Origin: Marsupella aquatica
Taxonomy: Eukaryota > Plantae > Marchantiophyta
Length of the DNA: 64,000 nt
Direction: 5' to 3'
Assembly (NCBI GenBank): GCA_973895155.1
Contig: OZ316894.1
Span: forward strand, 10,757,874-10,821,873
Below the pieces are notes generated by a model, which was given only the letters and a program-made list of their open reading frames with translations, did not search any database and had not been told where the DNA came from. Of the stretch, positions 55,701 through 64,000 are shown piece after piece (within the stretch, counting starts at the first letter, position 1; every line of letters starts with the position of its first letter). The translations under genes were made by a program, and so were the position numbers.

Positions 55701-56838
55701 CGTGGAAAACATCTCTCACTCCAATTTCCACCAGGCGCCGCGATATATGCCTCCCCAATGTCTGTGAATTTTGGCTCGGTAAGTGATATTTTGCAATGTC
55801 AGACAATCTCTCCGCATGCATCTTAGCAATGCGGTCCGTCGGAGCATGTTGTTTTGAATCTGCAAGCAACAGCACGAGAGAAATGAAACGGAAAAATTAA
55901 TCGTCAAAGCGGGACCAACACCAACTGCAGTAACGAGATAGAATTTGATCAACAAAAACGCGAACAGTGTACTCATCGTACATAGTCTAAAAGGAATTCT
56001 CATTATCATTGTGTTTTTCACGTTCATGGATCATATCATTTACAAGACTTGATTTGGCAGGATGATGTTCCTTCAATTGCCCCACCACCAGCGATGCCAG
56101 GATTGACCTATATATGAAAACTCTCCAGTTGCATAAAAGTCTCACCTCAAATGAGAGCAAGTGAACATTCCAAACAAAATCGAAATATAGTGCACACTAC
56201 TTCCCCCTCCCCATCGTCTGAACGAACTCAACTTATTCTGTGTATTCTGTGTATTCTGTCTTCTTCTTCTCACTATCATATGATAGATTAATCATCCATT
56301 AGCTCCGTTTCAACTTAAGTTTTCAACGAGAAAATAAAAGACGCTACAGTAATCAGACCTGAATCCAATATTTGATGTGTTCAAGACGAATACCAGCAGA
56401 AGCTGGCGGACTGGTGCGTGATTTCTGTTCTTTTAATTTATTTGAGGGCAAAAGAGCAGAAGCCGGAGTATTGAACGGTGACTTCTTTTTAGAAGTCATG
56501 TTTGGTGACTTCTTTTTAGAAGTCAGGTTTTTGATGTGTTCAACAGGAATCGCATCAGGTGCTGGAGGACTGATGAATGAAAACTGGCTTTTAAATTTAT
56601 CTGAGGGCAACAGAGCAGAAGGTGGAGTATTAAGCGATTTCTTTCTCTGAGATTTTCGACGAGGAGACGACAAAGAAGGAGGAGAACCGCGAGACTGGAC
56701 TGGGGAACGAGAACCGCCAAAACTTTGTGATGGACGACGGTTCTCGGAGGATGAGGATTTTTCATAAGCGGAGTGCGGCCAAAGGGTGTCTGGTTGTAAT
56801 GGTTCTGTACCGCTCGTCGATGGAGATGAGTCCACCAT
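49745..56838 (-). CDS. PDC: Pyruvate decarboxylase (ThDP-dependent); core ~582 aa from ATG 55821, or ~776 aa with two additional 5' exons
   Basis: Core exons (minus) 55859-55366, 54072-53909, 53323-52762, 52493-52405, 51997-51880, 50745-50557, 49915-49745. Motifs [84 protein letters not shown]. Putative extra exons 56838-56359 and 56107-56044 are less certain than the core. Confidence 0.93.
51150..51400 (-). mobile_element. tRNA-derived SINE-like insertion in a PDC intron
   Basis: Minus strand has an A-box-like TGGCTTTGGTCAGCTGG followed by 'AGAGGTCCCAGGTTCAATCCT' (tRNA T-arm/B-box). No full cloverleaf; boundaries approximate. Confidence 0.5.
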
Positions 56839-59800
56839 CTCTCCTCAATTTCCCTCTCCTTTTTTATATTCTTGTCTCTCTTGGCTTCTTTCTTTCTTCG
56901 TGCTTCCTAACTATCGAGCATTGAAGATCAAATTTACTGTCATTTGCATCAAAGATCAACACTGGATAGCCTTTCTTCTGTCTGATAATCCCGTTGTGCA
57001 TGCCGATAAGAGGTGAACAGTTTTCCTTTGGCAAAGAATACATTCTTTGTGTTTCTGCTTCAATTTCGCCTCGTGATATATGAGTCTATCCTTCTTAAGC
57101 GTTAACAGTTCCTCATTCCCTTTGTTGTGTCGTCGATATACGATTCCATTCGTATTGTTCCATAAACGATTACTCCATTGTTCACATCCATCAAATTCCA
57201 CCTTAGAACAAGGAATCTATCGTTCCATCTAAAACATTCCATTGTTCGCATACGTCAAATTAACCTCACCCTACTACAGGGATTCCATTGTCCTGATGCA
57301 TTTAAAGTTGCCCCCTGAAGAACCAATGTATATTCTTCTGAAGCATAAAATTTCAGTCCGGATGTTAATCTCACTGGTTCATCGATATGCCAGTCTGTAT
57401 CTACATTCATCAAATTCGACCCTAGTCCAAGGAGTCAAAGCTTGTTTCTGACGAATCAATCCACTCTTCTGAGGCATGAGACCCAGCTGTTGATGGCGTT
57501 GCTTTATCGATCACAATTTCAAGTTTTCTCTGAAGTTTTACATCAATGACATTATTTTGCATGATTTTGCTTTTTTGGAGGGAGACGAGGAGCACACAAA
57601 CTAGGTGATCAAAAGAGTTGTGAGTGAGCTCACAGTGAACAGGTGTGATCGTTCACGAAGTACACTTCGTGAGGTTCATTGGTCTGTTTCGCTTCAATCG
57701 TTAAAAGTCAAAAACACTCATCGAATTGTTTGTTTTATTTATTTATTATTCTTTTGTGCACATTCAGTACCATGCGAAAGGGAGAGCAAAATAATGTCAT
57801 CTGTTATTGAATTGTGATACAAGAAATGTTAGGCCTGGCTAGGGCCTCGTTTGGGAGTTGTCTTGCACATGTGGAGTATTGTTGCTCGAGCTTTGTTTGT
57901 AGATAGACGATGGGTATCGTAGTGCCCGTTTTCAGATTCATCCCCTAGAGTCACCATATAGAGGCTTCACTGTATACCATAAGCCCTTACCCTAGCTTTC
58001 TTTCACGGCTTTATTAGAAAGAAGAAAAAATTCTTACGGTAGCCACAAAGTCAGGACAAATTAAGCAAATTCAATAGAAGTCATTCAATAACCAGTTGAA
58101 CTCATTGGGATATTCGGATTGGTTTTTTAGAGAAAATGCACTACAATAATGTAATGTGATGCACTATAGCAGAGGTTTTCTTGAAACCTCTTGAATCTAA
58201 GAGTCTGTGGATGTCAATCAAAATTAAAACAAGATGAAAGCTACGTTGATTTGCCATAGCTTTAAAACATCACATTGAATTGAACTGCCCCACTTTAAGA
58301 AGTTCCGTTGAACTGGAATCTCTCTTTGTAAAGCTTTATAATGGCAATTGAATTGAATTGATCAAACTGTAGATATTGCATTGAATGTGTAGCTATTACA
58401 GCTAAAGCTACAGAAACTGGATTAGATTGCTCTTGTTTGGAAGTCCACATTTCATTAATATCTTTAGCTGTTGCAATCTATTGCTAATCAAATTTAGTAT
58501 CAATGTTTGTGTCTCAACCATATATGCCTTCTGGCTAGATTGGAACGGGGTAGAATCATCAGCAATCTATATTGGATTTTGGCCTGCTGGTTCCCCCGTC
58601 AGTGGGGTTGATGCAGAGTAAAATTTCAAATAAATAAATAATAACAATCTACACTGAAATCTACTCTGAAATTCCTGACTGATGGTAAGTGCAATTTTTT
58701 AATCAGAACAGTCAAATCTGAATGAAATTGCTCAAAAAATCTTTGTGGCACTCAATTGCATGATACCAAACTAGTACGCCAGCTGGGCGTCAAATTTTGT
58801 GATGATTCACACATTTGCTTCAAACCATTCTTTGTGTCCTACCCAAGCATTGCCATTGACATGAATATATTTTCTGCAGTAATTTTGAATTGGCACAAAC
58901 ATTTACTTGATCCTTTTGTTGTGCCCTGGCCAAGTATAATTCATTAACTTAAAGATTACAATTGTGGCATTTTGAAATGGCTTAAACTTATCTAGCTTCC
59001 AGGTCACATCTCCCAATGCACTCCTTGCTTTCACCCATTACCATCGTCTCCCTGCTGTTCATACACTGTCTCTAGATAAGATTTTTGCTGACCACCAGGC
59101 AAATCTCTCGCCCCCACTCTCGCCTCATTGCTCCTCAACGCATTGCAGTTCCAGTCACAGTAGTTCAAAATTTCAAGCTTAAAAGCTTGCTTGATCCATG
59201 AATTCTCTTCTAACTATAAGAGCAACACCCTGCAGACACACATGGGATGGACAGTAAGCAGATTTCCCTTTGTAGAACCCTCCCTAGGCCTCAGAATTGT
59301 AAGCTTGCAAGTGGAGCATCTCTGGTGGTCTTATGTAACTCCAAGCTTAGCTCTTCCTTCACAGCAAAGACAACAATGATTACAATGGTGCGCGTATCAT
59401 TTTGGCCAACTGAACTATCCTGTTAGCGGGAACCCTGGTTCTCCATGCGATGGCTTACTCTCAAGAATTGTTTTTTATTGCCCTAAATCTGGAAGTCTCA
59501 TTTCAAAACGAATGTATCTAGAACCTCTATTTGAAGCCCCATACTTCCTCATGATATCCTACTCTCAAAAGGAATGACTCAAAAAAATTATTGCCCAAAA
59601 TCAGGAAGTCTCATCTCCATTTCCAACTCCAGGCTTGTTGGCTCCCATCCAGGAGTTCCAGACAGTAGCATGGACATGAAGCCAGTACCTGATTCAAGTG
59701 GACTTGGTATTTAAACCAATAAAATTTCTCTCTAACACCAGACCTGTCTATAAAAGTTGTGACTGGTTTAGTGCAATATGTACAAAAGTTTTTTAAAAAT

Positions 59801-62025
59801 GAACCTATGTGCAAACTTGCTTAACTGGTAACTCTTTCTTGAAAACAGTGGCACGAGATGACAAAAGAGCACAAACAAAATACTCTTTTGACAACCAAAC
59901 CCATGTGAAAAAGATTTTCAAAATAAGTACCAATGCATTTGGAAACCAGTAGCTTAGAGATAGGTGTACTGTACAGCCAAGTTGCAGACGCAAGACAATT
60001 CAAGTTAACGACTATGTTTGGCATCAGAGGACCTCTCAGAATTTGGTGGCGGACTCAAAGAGCCCCGTGTTGCTGCAACTTTAGCTTCCATTGTGTTTGT
60101 TCTTGTACAAGACTGTTCTTGTGTGCTCTGGGGAATCTGCTTTCTATTACATAACTGCTCTTGCTACTATCATTGCTCCTGTACTCTCATTGCTCTCTTG
60201 CACTGGAAAGGGCTTATTAACTGGTAGGTACAGTTGGTGCTAGTACGTATTGCAGCTCACCACAAAGAGAAGGTGTTCATGAGTAAAAAGCAGTGTTAGA
60301 GAGAGGTGCATGCGGGTTGCAATAGTCCATGGGAGCATCCTGTTCAAATGTTATGGTTTCTGGGTCCTACCTCCCATCAACATAAATCTAATTTTGTGTT
60401 TCCAAGCAAAAGAAGAAATCTCAGTCTTGTACAATGTTAAAAAATGGGTCTTATGGTCCATTCCAGGGTTCAATAGATTTACTAGAGTGCCACTTTTCTT
60501 TGTCCAAATATATACTTTACCACGCTTTTAGTTTAGTGTGTTTCAGCACATGGATATGGTGCAATTTGATCTTACTCTCCAGGCAGCCTATAACCAAGCA
60601 TCTCTCTCCTGGTACAAGTTTTTCAGCTTACTCTGCAACTGGTTAAGAAAATCAACCAAAGCGTACTTGAAACAATGCAACAGTCACCATCAGATGCTTA
60701 TCCATGCCCTCTGCCCAAGCCCTAAACCATAGGCATTCTACTTCACTTCCGCCATGGCTGTTTATGGCGGAAACGATAGGGTTTTCTATTCTAAGCATAA
60801 GGATTTTATTCAAATAATAAGCCTTGTCATTCTCATTACAGACGAAGTTTTGGACCCATGCTAGGTCATTCTTTGCACACACTTCTCTTTAGGGTGGCTT
60901 TACAAGACTGTGGGGGCCCATTGTTTCTTTTATTCCTTGTAATATTAAGTTCTCTGGTACAATGAGTGGAAACAGTTAAAGATGACTTTATAGGAACTAC
61001 TGCAGGGCCCATTGAATCCTACAAGGCAGGTGTGGGCCCAAGGAAATGCTGCTTATTCTGCATTTTTAGATCACCTGGAGACGTGGTCAGAACAGTTCAC
61101 ACTTAGATCTGCATTTATTGAACTTCATTTCAACAGATTTCTTTGTCTGTCAAGTGTATCTTAGGGAGCTTTACAAGAAGGTGGGGCACTTCAGTGCCTT
61201 TGCATCCAAAATAATGGGGGCCAGTTCCATACGGGAAAGTTTTAATTAAAATGTGCCAGGTGTGGAGATAATAAATGCAAGACCCTGGTTTAAGAGGAGG
61301 TCTAAGTTTTTTACAAAAAAACAAGTACACATCAGCAAAAGCAGGGACCCGAGGGGGGCCAGTAGCAAGTGATTGGGATGGGTAATAGTTTTGCTTGATT
61401 GTGCCCCCAAGTTTATGTAAACTGAAGTTTGTTCCCATGTTTCAATGAATAGGATTGGATCTCAAACATAGAAAAATCAATTGTGTATGACTTCTTGTAA
61501 AGGCCCCCTTATAACAGGAAGTGGCCCTCCAATTTGCTTGAGTGAAAAAAATCAGTGTCTCTTACATCTTGTAAAGCCACCCTTACTCAAACACACTGCC
61601 AACATGAGAACACGAGGCTAGGGATCTCTCCTAGAGAAGGCATTGTATTTGAACAAAAACATTTATGGGGATTCTTGAATTCAAGGCTGGATCCTCTTTT
61701 AAAAATCACTCCATCACCCTAAACCCTAAACTTTATCCAATATTTTTAGCAGCTAACTTTGACATCCAATGTCTCCTTTAATATTTAATGCAGTCTTGTT
61801 TCCTTGGGTTACTAGGAAAGACCTGGAAAGATCTTTCGATTGAGAGTGATATGGTCAAATTCATTGAGAGTTCAGAGATGCAAAATTTCAAAGATACTCG
61901 TCGCCATTTTTGTCCCCAACTCACTATTCCTGTGTAATCTATAACATATGGGCAATTTTAAGGCTGATTTTCTTTCTCATCACGGTGGCAAACGGCCTGT
62001 TGTCAAATTGAATTTGAATGGACCT

Positions 62026-62491
62026 TGTCATGTGCATACACATCGTTACACAACATACATCGCTTGTCACATACATCCAAACATAGTCACACTGCCACAT
62101 CACAAACATAAGATAATGAAATACAAGTGGAACTCATGTTCACACATGTCCAAAACCCACAATAATCTTCACAACAATCGGAACAACGATCGACGCCAAC
62201 AACACCCACTCAATCCCGTCCGATTCGATCACACACTGTATATGTCGAGCCAACGCACTTTGCACTCAAGGAATCCATGCTACATAGAGAGAGCTTTCAG
62301 CCACCATAGCCACCACACAAGCTCTCCTCTCCAAGTCTCAACATTGAAAGATAACCTTTCAATGCCTCACAAGAGAGAACTACCCTCTCGCACAAACCTA
62401 ACAGAACCTTATCGGCTCATATAGCACTCATACTAAACATACGGAATTAGATAGTACTATACACTCTAACACTACCTAGAATGGTGTGACA
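62026..62491. mobile_element. Solo LTR (466 bp), uninterrupted relative of the element split at 27451-34344
   Basis: TGTCA...GTGACA termini; 4-bp TSD ACCT (62022-62025 / 62492-62495); colinear similarity to 27451-27714 + 34140-34344. Confidence 0.78.
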
Positions 62492-63642
62492 ACCTCCACT
62501 CCTCTTAGCAACCTGGATAGACTGCAGCAAAACTCTCTTTCACCTCCTCATATCTTACTAATAAAGTAGTACCAAAATTACTATCTAGAACTGGACCGTG
62601 AGTCTAATGGGATAGCTTAAGGTGTATCCTTGAAAACATAGATATGAATGATATTGAATTTGTTTTAGAATTTTTTTCTTGGGGGGGGGGGGATCTTGTC
62701 TTAGCTAATTAGTTCGTGGACCCCTTGGCTAATAAAATCAGGGGAAAGAGTTGATCTGAGCCATCTCTATTTCTTATCACCGGAAATCTCCATCATAATG
62801 GCCAATCTATGGCTCAAAAGAAAGATCTCAAATAGATCTATGGATGGGTTTTGTCCGTTTTACAAATGAGTTAATATTTTTCAAATTAAAAATTAAACAA
62901 ATCCAAGCCTTCCTAGCCGTCGATTTTGTTAATTTTATGATCTTTGCCGTCCATTTTGTAATGCCTCTGGAAATCTTATTCATCCATGTTAAAAGGCGAT
63001 CTAGGGTGCAAAAGAAAGATCTCAATGAGATGTACGACTGGGTGTTTTTTGTTTTGAGAATGAGTAAATAGTTTTGAGTATAAAATTTGATGAACTTTCA
63101 AGATTCCAGCCATTCCTCTTCCCCGATCCTGGGTTTCTATGTGCTCTTCCCAACATTAATGGTCGTACAATACGAGAGGTCCTTACGTACCGGGAGTTGC
63201 GGTTTAACAAGGAAGTTATCAAGTTAGTTATTAGTCATCATTTATTATATGAAAAATATTTTTTATAAATCTTTGAATTTAAATTTTAAAATTGGAAATG
63301 TAACTAAAACGGTTACATAGTGACAGTTTTAACCGTCTTGCTCTTTGTATTTCCAATGTTTTTACTTTTCTTTTTACGGCACGGCGTCCCAAAATTTACA
63401 CCCAAATTGACACAAACACGAATGAAAACTATAAGTTTGATTCACAAAATCGATGAGTCTTGTTTGTTACGATTGTTGTTGACGTGGCACTCTGTGGTGC
63501 CAGGAATTTTGGAAGGGACCTCTAGTGGGGTCCGTAATTAGGTTAGTAATACACATTACATGTATAAGTGAAATGTGAAAATAGGCTTTTGCTCGGATCG
63601 ATCCTGGATGCAATTTTTTTTATCAAAACCTTGTGGCAAACC

Positions 63643-64000
63643 ATGGTCCGTGAAGGTCACCGTACTTTGGCAGATGTAGTGGTGGCAAACCCATTGCACC
63701 AAGACATCATTGGGACAGCGGCAACAATGGCAGGGGCAGCAGCATCACGAGCAGCAACAACGAAGGAGGCCAAATATGTTGCACGAGCTTCATCTGATAG
63801 CTTCCTGCCCCTTGCTCTTGAGATATTTGGGCGTCTCCATCATCAGTTCGACGGGCTTCTTCGCCAAGCTACTCGGGATGTTCACGGCCGAATGGATCCC
63901 ACCGGGCCCCCGCTATCTGTTTTGACCACGCACTTTCGCCAACGCATTTCAGTCACCTTACAGCGTGCTCAAGTTCGGGCCGTCTATCATCGATCTCTGA
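63643..64000 (+). mobile_element. Restriction-like endonuclease (RLE) domain of a CRE-type non-LTR retrotransposon, running off the window
   Basis: Open frame missed by the ORF track: 'RTLADVVVANP...AAASRAATTKEAKY...FLPLALEIFGRLH...FRQRISVTLQRAQ', the D..v..P / KxxKY / F.P.a.E..G pattern of RLE domains. Confidence 0.75.

Noticed and set aside
56950-57460. Loosely recurring CATCAAATT motifs suggesting a repeat-protein remnant
   Set aside because: No consistent period or open frame could be established.
61948-62424. 158-aa His-rich ORF
   Set aside because: Falls within the AC-rich solo LTR and is not conserved as one frame in the second copy.

Overview
This is eukaryotic land-plant genomic DNA: GT-AG intron-rich genes, plant retroelements, and gene families suggesting a bryophyte or liverwort (inference only). 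Five genes could be reconstructed by hand with frame-consistent structures: RAE1 (+), a GH13 alpha-amylase-like gene (-), intronless LOLITA/TSPOON (+), mitochondrial NAD-malate dehydrogenase (+) and pyruvate decarboxylase (-). There is also an intact RI-like LRR ORF followed by a decayed Roc-COR (TORNADO1-like) remnant. Mobile DNA includes a complete but defective Ty1/copia element (385-bp LTRs, TSD TTACG) nested in a solo LTR of another family, two further solo LTRs, a 5'-truncated L1-type LINE with poly(A) and TSD, a LINE fragment at the left edge, a CRE-type RLE fragment at the right edge, and several SINE/MITE-like and tandem repeats. The strongest novelty candidate is the amylase-like gene. 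It is an intact 12-exon, 452-codon frame that has lost two of three catalytic residues and further conserved active-site residues, keeps the Trp-Trp starch-binding surface site, and starts with five overlapping LxRxxS-type phosphorylation motifs, i.e. a putative regulatory pseudo-amylase. Second is a PDC that can splice in frame to a ~190-aa duplicated Ser/Pro/Lys-rich N-terminal extension. All gene models are manual readings and need RNA-seq and homology confirmation.
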